Shown here: positions 28,077 through 36,169 of the stretch, in pieces
How positions within the stretch are numbered: position 1 is the stretch's first letter
Layout: every line of letters begins with the position of its first letter
Assembly (NCBI GenBank): GCA_041649115.1
Contig: JBAZNT010000004.1
Location: 23,466-87,465 of the forward strand
Source of the DNA: Candidatus Omnitrophota bacterium
GTDB taxonomy: Bacteria; Omnitrophota; Gorgyraeia; Gygaellales; Profunditerraquicolaceae
Reading direction: 5' to 3'
Length of the DNA stretch: 64,000 nucleotides
Made by a program: the position numbers and the translations under genes
The notes under the pieces: generated by a model
Told to the model about the DNA's origin: nothing
The model's input: the letters and a program-made list of their open reading frames with translations, nothing else
Databases searched by the model: none

Positions 28077-28090
28077 AAACAGCCACGGAG
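28076..28090 (+). promoter_or_regulatory. Conserved leader motif AAAACAGCCACGGAG (copy 1, upstream of PilZ-1)
   Basis: The identical 15-mer recurs at 28517-28531 upstream of PilZ-2. Each copy lies 21-30 nt before the ATG and before a GGGAGGTG RBS. Confidence 0.5.
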
Positions 28091-28110
28091 AAAGGAAAGG
28101 GAGGTGGCAT

Positions 28111-28452
28111 ATGGACGGGATATTGGTAAAGGATAAGAGGTTGTTTGAGCGCATCGCCACAAATTTAGCCTTACGCTTCATGGACCTTGACGGAAATAAA
28201 GTCGGCCAGGGGCAGGCCTGCGATGTCAGCGCCAAGGGAGTAGGTTTTATCAGCAGCGAGCCCTTAAAGCCAAGCACTTCTTTGGGGATATGGCTGGATA
28301 TTCCGGACGGCTCCAGCGATCTCTACACCCAAGGTTCTGTGGCGTGGTCCAGGCCTCTGGTTGACGGCAGATACCGTATCGGCGTAGAACTGATGAGGCC
28401 GGAACTGATGGGTTTTTCGCGTGTTTTAAGGTTAAATCAAAACTTTGCATAA
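28111..28452 (+). CDS. Stand-alone PilZ-domain protein (c-di-GMP receptor family)
   Basis: PilZ motifs RLFER (RxxxR) and DVSAKGVGF (D/NxSxxG). RBS GGGAGGTG lies 5 nt upstream. The start is 34 nt after the giant ORF stop. Confidence 0.85.
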   Translation: MDGILVKDKRLFERIATNLALRFMDLDGNKVGQGQACDVSAKGVGFISSEPLKPSTSLGIWLDIPDGSSDLYTQGSVAWSRPLVDGRYRIGVELMRPELMGFSRVLRLNQNFA

Positions 28453-28474
28453 GTGTTTTTAATAAAATAAATAG

Positions 28475-28502
28475 TAGTCAAAAGAGCAATTTGTGATATA
28501 AT
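28475..28502 (+). promoter_or_regulatory. Putative sigma70 promoter of PilZ-2 (extended -10)
   Basis: TAGTCA (28475-28480), 16 nt spacer, TGaTATAAT (TATAAT at 28497-28502). Confidence 0.4.
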
Positions 28503-28516
28503 ACCTCAGATAATGG

Positions 28517-28531
28517 AAAACAGCCACGGAG
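28517..28531 (+). promoter_or_regulatory. Conserved leader motif AAAACAGCCACGGAG (copy 2, upstream of PilZ-2)
   Basis: Exact match to 28076-28090, although the coding regions of the two paralogs have diverged substantially. Confidence 0.5.
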
Positions 28532-28560
28532 CAAAAATACTCAGAGGAGGGAGGTGTAAT

Positions 28561-28887
28561 ATGGAAGATAATAGAGTATTCGCCAGGATAAATACCCGAT
28601 TGCCCGTGCGCTTCTTAAATCCAGTTGACGGCAGCGAAGGCGTAGGAGAAACGACCGATATCAGCGCCAATGGGGTGGGTTTTGTTACCAATCAGGAATT
28701 GACTAACAGGACACCTCTGGAGATGTGGCTGAATATACCTGATAAGCACGAGCCGCTTTACACCCGCGGCAGGGTGATGTGGGCAGGCGCCAATCCCGGT
28801 ATCGGAAACAGACGTATCGGAGTGCGTCTTGACAGGGCAGAACTTATGGGTTTAGCGCGTGTGCTGTGGCTGGAGGAACACCAGTAA
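28561..28887 (+). CDS. Stand-alone PilZ-domain protein, paralog
   Basis: RVFAR (RxxxR) and DISANGVGF. ATG 28561 is preferred over the ORF-track start 28513 because it follows GGAGGGAGGTG and aligns with the start of the upstream paralog. Confidence 0.8.
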   Translation: MEDNRVFARINTRLPVRFLNPVDGSEGVGETTDISANGVGFVTNQELTNRTPLEMWLNIPDKHEPLYTRGRVMWAGANPGIGNRRIGVRLDRAELMGLARVLWLEEHQ

Positions 28888-28908
28888 CCATTTCTTAAGG
28901 GGAATGCC

Positions 28909-28937
28909 TTGACCACCCGGGCAGCTTATGGTAAGGT
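28909..28937 (+). promoter_or_regulatory. Possible promoter of the ABC transporter operon
   Basis: TTGACC (28909-28914), 17 nt spacer, TGgTAAGGT (-10 at 28932-28937). The -10 hexamer is weak. Confidence 0.25.
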
Positions 28938-29014
28938 AAGGAAGATTTTTGATGGCGGGGTGGTATCCCTCCAAAACATTCTATCCCGTAACGCAAGACA
29001 ATGAACAAGGTCGC

Positions 29015-30319
29015 ATGAAGAGAAACTCACCGGTATTAGCGAGCGTTTTCCTTCTATTATTAATTACCGCGGGCTGCGGACAGAAAATTACCGGAAAGCC
29101 AAGCACCAGCATCACGGTCTGGCATTGGATGACTGACCGTGACCCCGCCTTTCAGGAGTTAGCCAAGAGATACGAATCCAGGACCGGCGTACATGTAAAT
29201 TTTGAGCTCTACGCTCCTTCGGATGCTTATTCCCAGAAGGTGCGTGCCGCAGCGCAGGGCAATAATTTACCGGACATCTTCGGGTTGCTTGGAGAGAAGC
29301 GCGACTTCGCTTCTTTTATCAAGGCCGGGTATATCCTGGACCTTACCCCTTACATGCAGGATTCCGGCGGCGCATGGCAAAATGGCTTTTTTGCCAAGGC
29401 CCTGGCAGTCAATGAGTTTTCTCCAGGAAATAGCTACGGCGTCACCCCCGGCATCTACGGCGTCCCCGTAGATATCATGACCATCCAGATGCTTTATAAC
29501 AGGGATCTCTTTAAAGAATTAGGGCTTAATCCTGATCAGCCCCCTCAAACCTTTGCGGAATTCCTGGCAATCGGCAAGAAGATCAAAGAGAAGAAATTGC
29601 AGGGGTTTGTTTCCGGATGGGGGGAGGCCTGGATGATCGGTTGCCTCGCCAATAACTACGCCTTCAATATCATGGGCCAAGACAAGGTCCTGGCGACTAT
29701 TAAAGGCGATGTCCCTTACACCGACCCGGACTGGGTAAGGGTCTTGACGCTTTTTAAACAGATGCAGGATTCCGGCATCCTCTCCGGCGGCATCGTAACT
29801 ATGATTAATAAGAATGCCGAACAGCTTTTTGCCAACGGCAGGGCTGTATTTGCCTTTAACGGCTCCTGGTGTGTAAATGTATATAAGTCCATGAATCCGG
29901 GGTTGGATTATGCCGCGATGCTTCCGCCAAGGGCCTCGGAAAAATTTCCGGTGAGTATCTGGGGAGGCGGCGGCTCTTCGTTTATGGTAAATGCCAAATC
30001 AAAAAATAAGGAAGAGGCATTGGAATTCTTAAAATGGCTGACTGACCGCGACCAGCAGGCATATTTAGCGCAGGCTACTATGAACCCCCCGGCAAACAAA
30101 TATGCCTTAAACAAAATTTCTCCAATCCTCCTGCAGTTTGCCGATGATATGGAGCTTGCCACCCATCCGAATGCCTGGGGCATATCCGAGTCGCCGCAGG
30201 TTCTGGAAACCTTCAACAAGGGGATACAGTCCATAATCATAGGCGAGAAGACGCCGGAAGAGGTAGCGCAGGAGACGCAGAAGATTAAAGAGAGAGAAAT
30301 GGCGAGAATCTCCAGATGA
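29015..30319 (+). CDS. ABC transporter sugar-binding lipoprotein (solute-binding family 1)
   Basis: From ATG 29015 the N-terminus is MKRNSPVLASVFLLLLITAGC (lipobox LITAGC). The body is typical of family-1 carbohydrate SBPs. The ORF-track start 28949 adds 22 non-signal residues. Confidence 0.8.
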   Translation: MKRNSPVLASVFLLLLITAGCGQKITGKPSTSITVWHWMTDRDPAFQELAKRYESRTGVHVNFELYAPSDAYSQKVRAAAQGNNLPDIFGLLGEKRDFASFIKAGYILDLTPYMQDSGGAWQNGFFAKALAVNEFSPGNSYGVTPGIYGVPVDIMTIQMLYNRDLFKELGLNPDQPPQTFAEFLAIGKKIKEKKLQGFVSGWGEAWMIGCLANNYAFNIMGQDKVLATIKGDVPYTDPDWVRVLTLFKQMQDSGILSGGIVTMINKNAEQLFANGRAVFAFNGSWCVNVYKSMNPGLDYAAMLPPRASEKFPVSIWGGGGSSFMVNAKSKNKEEALEFLKWLTDRDQQAYLAQATMNPPANKYALNKISPILLQFADDMELATHPNAWGISESPQVLETFNKGIQSIIIGEKTPEEVAQETQKIKEREMARISR

Positions 30320-31194
30320 GGTTAAAAAGTACGCTAGAAAATTATCTCTTTGTTTCCCCCGCAGCATTAATCTTCCTTATATTCTACATCATCCCCTTTA
30401 TCTGGGTTTTTCAGCTGGGGATGTATGAATGGGACGGGATACTGCCTACCAAGGTCTTTGTGGGCATGGGGAATTTCAAGGAGATAATCTTTGAGGATAA
30501 GATCTGGTGGAATTCTATGCTCAACGCCGGCTACATCACCTTAATCGCGCTTACCCTGCAGAACGCCCTGGCGTTTTTGCTCGCCTGGGCATGCGACCGC
30601 GAGATCCGGATGAAGAATTTCTACCGCCTGGTTTTTTTTATCCCTCCGGTTTTATCCGAGGTAGTGGTGGGACTGGTCTGGCAGTGGATCCTCGACGGCA
30701 ACTACGGCTTGTTAAACCATTGGCTTATACAATTAGGGCTGGGGAATCTGGCCAGAAATTGGCTTTCCGACCCCTCTAGCGCCCTGACCACCGTAGCTAT
30801 TGTGCATTCCTGGAAGGGTTTTGGCTGGGGGTTTTTGATATTTTTAGCAGGATTACAGACTATACCGCACGAACTCTATGAGGCGGCGCGGGTAGACGGA
30901 GCAAATGCCTGGCACTGCTTCAGAAAGATCACCCTTCCTTTAATGGTGCCTGTGGCGGTATTGGTGGGGATACTCACGGTCTTAGGGACGATGCAGGCAT
31001 TTATCTTGATCATAGCCATGACCGACGGAGGGCCGGCATATCATACGCAGGTGCCGGTATTAAGAATATTGGCTTCCATGCGCGGTTCGTCGCGTTTCGG
31101 TTATGCCTGTGCGCAGGGGATCAGCTTTGGTTTGATATTAGTCGTCATTTCTTTTATACAGTACCGTTTTTCAAATAAGGCCAGGCAGGCTTAA
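30316..31194 (+). CDS. ABC sugar transporter permease (MalF/UgpA-type)
   Basis: Six hydrophobic segments and the EAA-type loop LYEAARVDGANAWHCFRKITLPL. Its start overlaps the SBP stop by 4 nt. Confidence 0.85.
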   Translation: MRLKSTLENYLFVSPAALIFLIFYIIPFIWVFQLGMYEWDGILPTKVFVGMGNFKEIIFEDKIWWNSMLNAGYITLIALTLQNALAFLLAWACDREIRMKNFYRLVFFIPPVLSEVVVGLVWQWILDGNYGLLNHWLIQLGLGNLARNWLSDPSSALTTVAIVHSWKGFGWGFLIFLAGLQTIPHELYEAARVDGANAWHCFRKITLPLMVPVAVLVGILTVLGTMQAFILIIAMTDGGPAYHTQVPVLRILASMRGSSRFGYACAQGISFGLILVVISFIQYRFSNKARQA

Positions 31195-31252
31195 ATCCCG
31201 TTTAACGCGTCGCGGGAATCAGCCGGTTAACCGGGCGTAACGAGCATAACGA

Positions 31253-32101
31253 ATGAAGACGGCAGGGTATTATAAAACTAAAAAAGCAATCCTTAATTTA
31301 TTCATCCACCTTTTTTTAATCTCCGTCGCTATCACCTGTCTTTTGCCTCTGTTCTGGATGGTATCGTCAAGCCTTAAGACCCAGGAGACAATATTCAGCG
31401 ACATGTCTTTGATCCCGAAGGAATTGCATTTTGCCAATTACATCCTTGCCTGGAAGGAGGGGGGATTCGGCAGGTATTTCCTGAACAGTTTATTTTATAC
31501 CGCTTCGGTAGTGGTAGCGATTATCTTCGTTGCCTCTTTGGCCGCCTACGCCTTTTCGCGTTTTCGTTTTCCCGGCAAGAATATCCTATTTTTTATGTTT
31601 ATGGCGGCGATGATGATACCCATACCCGGAAGCTTCGTCCCTTTATACGTCCTTTTGAGCAAATTGCATTTAAGGGATACCGCCCTAGGCTATATTCTTT
31701 GCATGGTCAACGTCGGGTTATCTACGAGCATTTTCCTCTTAAAGACATTTTTTGATAAACTCCCGCGCGAATTGGAAGATGCAGCCAGGATAGACGGTTG
31801 TTCCAAATTCGGCATCTGGTGGCACATGGCCCTGCCTTTAGCGAAGCCGGTGTTAGCGGTAGTTGTGATATTCAATGCCCTCAATGTCTGGAACGAATAC
31901 GTCCTGGCCCTGATAATATTTGACAATAAAAACCTGATGCCTCTTCAGCGGGCCTTGATGGTGTTTCAGGGGGAATTCCTAACTCAGTACCCGCTTTTAA
32001 TGGCGGGGCTTACTATCACAGCCCTGCCCATAATCATAGTGTACCTGTTAATGCAAAAGTACATTGTCAAGGGAGTGACCTCCGGCGCGTTATTCGGATG
32101 A
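31253..32101 (+). CDS. ABC sugar transporter permease (MalG/UgpE-type)
   Basis: EAA loop LEDAARIDGCSKFGIWWHMALPLAKP and a multi-TM profile. Confidence 0.85.
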   Translation: MKTAGYYKTKKAILNLFIHLFLISVAITCLLPLFWMVSSSLKTQETIFSDMSLIPKELHFANYILAWKEGGFGRYFLNSLFYTASVVVAIIFVASLAAYAFSRFRFPGKNILFFMFMAAMMIPIPGSFVPLYVLLSKLHLRDTALGYILCMVNVGLSTSIFLLKTFFDKLPRELEDAARIDGCSKFGIWWHMALPLAKPVLAVVVIFNALNVWNEYVLALIIFDNKNLMPLQRALMVFQGEFLTQYPLLMAGLTITALPIIIVYLLMQKYIVKGVTSGALFG

Positions 32102-32143
32102 GAAGATTGTTTTAGGCGTGAGGCTTGACTTTTGACAATAATA

Positions 32144-32172
32144 TTGCCTGCGCCTGATATATTTGTTATAAT
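32144..32172 (+). promoter_or_regulatory. Sigma70-type promoter upstream of the GPH/MFS gene
   Basis: TTGCCT (32144-32149), 17 nt spacer, TGtTATAAT (TATAAT at 32167-32172). AGGAGG RBS at ~32219. Confidence 0.55.
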
Positions 32173-32235
32173 GCAACACTCATGCATGCCGGCCGGCCGG
32201 CCCATCAATTTAATTAGAAGGAGGTAGGTCAATTC

Positions 32236-33732
32236 ATGGAACAATCAACCGCTAATTCCAAACGACATGTTACGGCCCGCGAAGACCGCGTCCCAATTTT
32301 ACAGAAAGTCGCATACAGTATAGGAGGGCTGGTTAACAGTATCCAGTCTGCGGCTATCGGGGCAATGGTCATTGTTCTTAACATCGGCTTAGGCGTTAAT
32401 CCCGCCTTGGTTGGTTTAGTAGGGGCTATCCCGCGTATCCTCGATGCCATATCCGACCCCGCTACAGGCTACTTCTCAGACAATTTCCGGACCAGATGGG
32501 GCAGGCGCAGGCCGGTTATATTCTTTGGGGCGATTGCCGGCGGCATCCTTTTTGCGCTGATGTTTCAGTTCTATAAAGGACACAGCGAAAGTTTTTATTT
32601 CTGGTATTTCGCAGCGTTCCAGAGCCTTTATTTTCTCGGATTCACCTGTTTTTCCATTCCCTGGATTGCCTTAGGGTATGAAATGACCCCCGATTATCAC
32701 GAGCGCACCAGGCTGCAGGCAGCCAGCAATTTTGTCGGACAGCTTGCCTGGGTGATTGCCCCCTGGTTTTTCAAGATCATGGATAACAAGGCCTGGTTTA
32801 CGGATATTGTCCAGGGCGCGCGGGTCCTCTCGGTTATCCTCGGTGTCTTTATTGTATTCGGCGGGATACTGCCGGCGATTTTTATCAAAGAGCGTTTCGC
32901 CGATATGCCCAAGCCCGAAAGAGGCAAGGGGCCCTGGAATATCACTAAGGATTTCTTTAAGGGGTTTGCCAGCGCTTTCAAATGCCGGCCGTTTGTCAAG
33001 CTTTGCGCGGCAACCTTCCTGATTTTCAACGGATTTATGCTTGCCAGCGCATTCACGGCGTATGTTATCTTCTTCTATGTTTACCACGGCGATTATTCAA
33101 AAGGGGGGATGCTTCTAGGATGGTTCGGTTCGCTTAGTTCCGTCTGCACTTTCTGCGTCATCTTCATAGCCACCTGGCTCTCCACGAAGATCGGCAAGCG
33201 CAACACCTTTTTGATAACCGTTTCTATTTCGATTATCGGTTACGCCCTGAAGTGGCTCGGGTATAACCCGGATCATCCATACTGGCTCTTGATTGCGGCT
33301 CCTTTCATCGCCTTTGGCCTGGGTTCGCTTTTTACGCTGGTCAGCTCCATGGTGGCCGATGTCTGCGATTTTGACGAGCTCCTGACCGGCACGCGCAGGG
33401 AAGGGCTTTTCGGCGCTATTTACTGGTGGATGGTAAAGCTGGGGTTGGCGATCTCGTCGCTTATCTCCGGTATCCTCCTTAACATGACCGGTTTTAATAT
33501 CGCGTTTGGAGCGGAGCAGTCAGCCAGTTCTTTGTTTTGGATGAGGGTCTGCGATATCGGCATCCCGATCATCACATCCCTGATCGCGATTTTCATTATC
33601 CTGACTTTTGATATCACCGAAGCCAAGGCAGGCGAGATCCGCGCACAGGTAGAGCGGCGCAGAGGAGAAAGGCGAAGCCAGGAAGAAAGGCGCATGGAAG
33701 AGGACAGGCGAAAAGGAGACAGGCGGCAGTAA
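32236..33732 (+). CDS. Glycoside-pentoside-hexuronide (GPH):cation symporter family MFS transporter with an Arg-rich C-terminal tail
   Basis: GPH signature region ...AIPRILDAISDPATGYFSDNFRTRWGRRRP, about 12 TM segments, and the C-terminal tail ERRRGERRSQEERRMEEDRRKGDRRQ. Confidence 0.8.
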   Translation: MEQSTANSKRHVTAREDRVPILQKVAYSIGGLVNSIQSAAIGAMVIVLNIGLGVNPALVGLVGAIPRILDAISDPATGYFSDNFRTRWGRRRPVIFFGAIAGGILFALMFQFYKGHSESFYFWYFAAFQSLYFLGFTCFSIPWIALGYEMTPDYHERTRLQAASNFVGQLAWVIAPWFFKIMDNKAWFTDIVQGARVLSVILGVFIVFGGILPAIFIKERFADMPKPERGKGPWNITKDFFKGFASAFKCRPFVKLCAATFLIFNGFMLASAFTAYVIFFYVYHGDYSKGGMLLGWFGSLSSVCTFCVIFIATWLSTKIGKRNTFLITVSISIIGYALKWLGYNPDHPYWLLIAAPFIAFGLGSLFTLVSSMVADVCDFDELLTGTRREGLFGAIYWWMVKLGLAISSLISGILLNMTGFNIAFGAEQSASSLFWMRVCDIGIPIITSLIAIFIILTFDITEAKAGEIRAQVERRRGERRSQEERRMEEDRRKGDRRQ

Positions 33733-36059
33733 TGAAAAGACCGCGCAATGTTAAAGAGCTGATGTGTAATGCAGCAATCTGGCTCATCGCCATCCTTTCA
33801 TTATGCATCAGGCCTTGCACATTAGAGAGGCTTTATGCCGAGGACGCCAAGCCGTCCTGTGCCGAGCTTATCGATAAGGCCTGGGAGGCGCACGGCAAGA
33901 GAGACGCGGAGGCAACCTTGCGCTATACCGGCGAATGCATAAGGATGTATAAAGATGAAGCGGACAGGGAACAGGCTTCCTTGAAGGTGCTCCCCAAGAA
34001 CAAGGCGGAGATTGAGCAGGTATCGGCTTTAAACGATGTGGCGACGGCATATTTTATCCAGGCGGAAAGCCTGTTGCGCCAGCAAAAAACAGAAGAGGCC
34101 AAGAAGATATTCCAGTTGATCGTTGATAAATATCCTTATGCCCAGGCCTGGGACCAGCGCGGCTGGTATTGGCAGTTGGGGACCGCGGCCCAGCAGAGCA
34201 TCAAGAAGATCGAGACCGGAAGCATTGACCTGGATAAAATCAAAAAAATAGAGCGCCCCGGGACCAAGGTTGTCCTTTATGACCCCGGTACGGAGAAATT
34301 TGTGGATTACTCCAGCTACGGTGATTTCGAAAATACCGGCACTAAGGATTATGCCTATATTATCAAAGACCAGGAAGGGTTGAGCAGGGCGGTAGGAGAA
34401 GGGATATATCCCAATACCTCTTCGGTGCGCCGGGACCCCGAATTTAGAAAGGCCTTAAAGGGAAAAAGGCTTGAAGGGGACCCCTGGGATTTTGTGCATT
34501 CCCCGGATTTGGAGGCGGCTTTTTTAAAATGGGCTACGGCGCCCGAGTCGCAGGGGATAAAGTTATTTTATACCGGCCTCATCCTTGAAAAATCCGGGCT
34601 TATCGAGCACGCCATCAAATGCTATTATGCTATTGCGGTGCATTTCCCCGGCAGCTACGGCTGGACCTATTGGCATACCCCCTGGTACGTAGGGCAGGCC
34701 GCAATTGCCAAAATAAATTTTTTGTTAAAACGCAACCCGCAATTAGGTTATTGCCTTGAAGGAGCAGATGTCAGAATTGTCAACGGTTTTGATAATGACG
34801 TCTCCAATGACGTTGCGCTGGTCAATCCGGGAAGGTTTGTCAAGATTAAGGCAGAAGAGAAGCCGGCAGCCAAGCCGGATGCCAGGCTCTTGAGCATTAA
34901 GCGCGAGCTCGGCAAAGGCATGGTGCGCCTTGTTCAGTACGAAAACGGGGACTGGCAGCTTCTGGTGAATAATAAGCCGTATATCATTAAAGGGATTACC
35001 TATACCCCCACCAAGATAGGGCAATCTCCCGATGAGGGAACCCTTGGCAACTGGATGTATGAGGATTTCAATAAAAACGGCAGGATCGACGGCCCCTACG
35101 ATTCCTTTGTGGACAAAAACAACAACGGTACCCAGGATAAAGGCGAGCCTTCCGTCGGAGATTTTAAATTGATGCAGGGGATGGGAGTCAATACCATCAG
35201 GCTCTATCACCACCCTCCTAAGGTCAACAAGGAATTATTGCGGGATCTTTACCGTAACTACGGCATCAGGGTGATTATGGGGGATTTCCTCGGCAAGTAC
35301 GCCATCGGTTCAGGCGCGCCCTGGTATCCCGGTACGGACTATAATAATCCCGAGCAGCAGAAGAAGATGCTGGAATCGGTAACCCAGATGGTCAATGAAT
35401 TTAAGGATGAGCCCTACATACTTTTTTGGCTGCTTGGTAATGAAAATGTCTACGGTTTTGCCTGTAATGCCGATAAGGAACCGGATGCATTTTTTAAGTT
35501 TGCCAACGAGGCGGCCCTGCGCATCAAGGAGCTTGATCCGGAACGCCCGGTGGCGATCTGCAGCGGAGACATACTGTTTCTTGATAAATTCGGGAAGAAT
35601 TGCCCCGATGTGGATATCTTCGGCACCAATGCCTACCGCGGGGATTACGGGTTCGGCTTTCTCTTCCGGCAGGTAAGGGAGGAAGCCGATAAGCCGGCTT
35701 TCATTACAGAATACGGCTGTCCTGCTCATGCCGACGCCAAGAGCCCCGAAGAGGCAGAGCGGCTGCAGGCGGAATATCACCGCGCAGCCTGGGAGGATAT
35801 CGAGGCCAATATGGCATTTCGTGGCGGAGCCGGCAATGCCCTGGGAGGGATTGTTTTTGAGTGGCTGGATGAATGGTGGAAGGCTTATGAGCCATCACTC
35901 CATGATACCAAGGGGTTATTCACAGGGCCGTTTCCAGACGGTTATATGCACGAGGAGTGGCTGGGGGTATGCGGACAGGGTGACGGCAAAGAGAGTCCAT
36001 TTTTAAGACATTTACGCCAGGCCTATTATTACTATAAGGATGCCTGGCATCGCGATTAG
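33732..36059 (+). CDS. Secreted clan GH-A (TIM-barrel) glycoside hydrolase, GH2/GH72-like, with N-terminal helical/TPR-like region
   Basis: Signal-like N-terminus. Motifs KPYIIKGITYTP, GVNTIRLYHH, WLLGNENVYG (acid/base NE), AFITEYGC (nucleophile E), GGIVFEWLDEWWK. It is a paralog of the 37335-38642 CDS. Confidence 0.6.
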   Translation: MKRPRNVKELMCNAAIWLIAILSLCIRPCTLERLYAEDAKPSCAELIDKAWEAHGKRDAEATLRYTGECIRMYKDEADREQASLKVLPKNKAEIEQVSALNDVATAYFIQAESLLRQQKTEEAKKIFQLIVDKYPYAQAWDQRGWYWQLGTAAQQSIKKIETGSIDLDKIKKIERPGTKVVLYDPGTEKFVDYSSYGDFENTGTKDYAYIIKDQEGLSRAVGEGIYPNTSSVRRDPEFRKALKGKRLEGDPWDFVHSPDLEAAFLKWATAPESQGIKLFYTGLILEKSGLIEHAIKCYYAIAVHFPGSYGWTYWHTPWYVGQAAIAKINFLLKRNPQLGYCLEGADVRIVNGFDNDVSNDVALVNPGRFVKIKAEEKPAAKPDARLLSIKRELGKGMVRLVQYENGDWQLLVNNKPYIIKGITYTPTKIGQSPDEGTLGNWMYEDFNKNGRIDGPYDSFVDKNNNGTQDKGEPSVGDFKLMQGMGVNTIRLYHHPPKVNKELLRDLYRNYGIRVIMGDFLGKYAIGSGAPWYPGTDYNNPEQQKKMLESVTQMVNEFKDEPYILFWLLGNENVYGFACNADKEPDAFFKFANEAALRIKELDPERPVAICSGDILFLDKFGKNCPDVDIFGTNAYRGDYGFGFLFRQVREEADKPAFITEYGCPAHADAKSPEEAERLQAEYHRAAWEDIEANMAFRGGAGNALGGIVFEWLDEWWKAYEPSLHDTKGLFTGPFPDGYMHEEWLGVCGQGDGKESPFLRHLRQAYYYYKDAWHRD

Positions 36060-36062
36060 TTA

Positions 36063-36135
36063 GGGGCGGTTCTCTACTCGAAGCAAAGGTGTCCCCGTAA
36101 GGGGCACACTTTAAGATTGACTTCAGAACCAGCTC
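36063..36135. repeat. REP/MITE-like palindromic element related to the RAYT flanks
   Basis: GGGGCGGTTCTCT...AAAGGTGTCCCC-GTAA-GGGGCACACTTTAAG...TTCAGAACCAGC carries both the outer (GGGRCGGTTCTC / GAGAACC) and inner (AAAAGTGTCCC / GGGACACTTTT) motifs found at 47629-47661 and 48195-48229. Confidence 0.6.
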
Positions 36136-36169
36136 TGGTAAAATATAAGGAAAAAAGGAGGAGCAAGAG

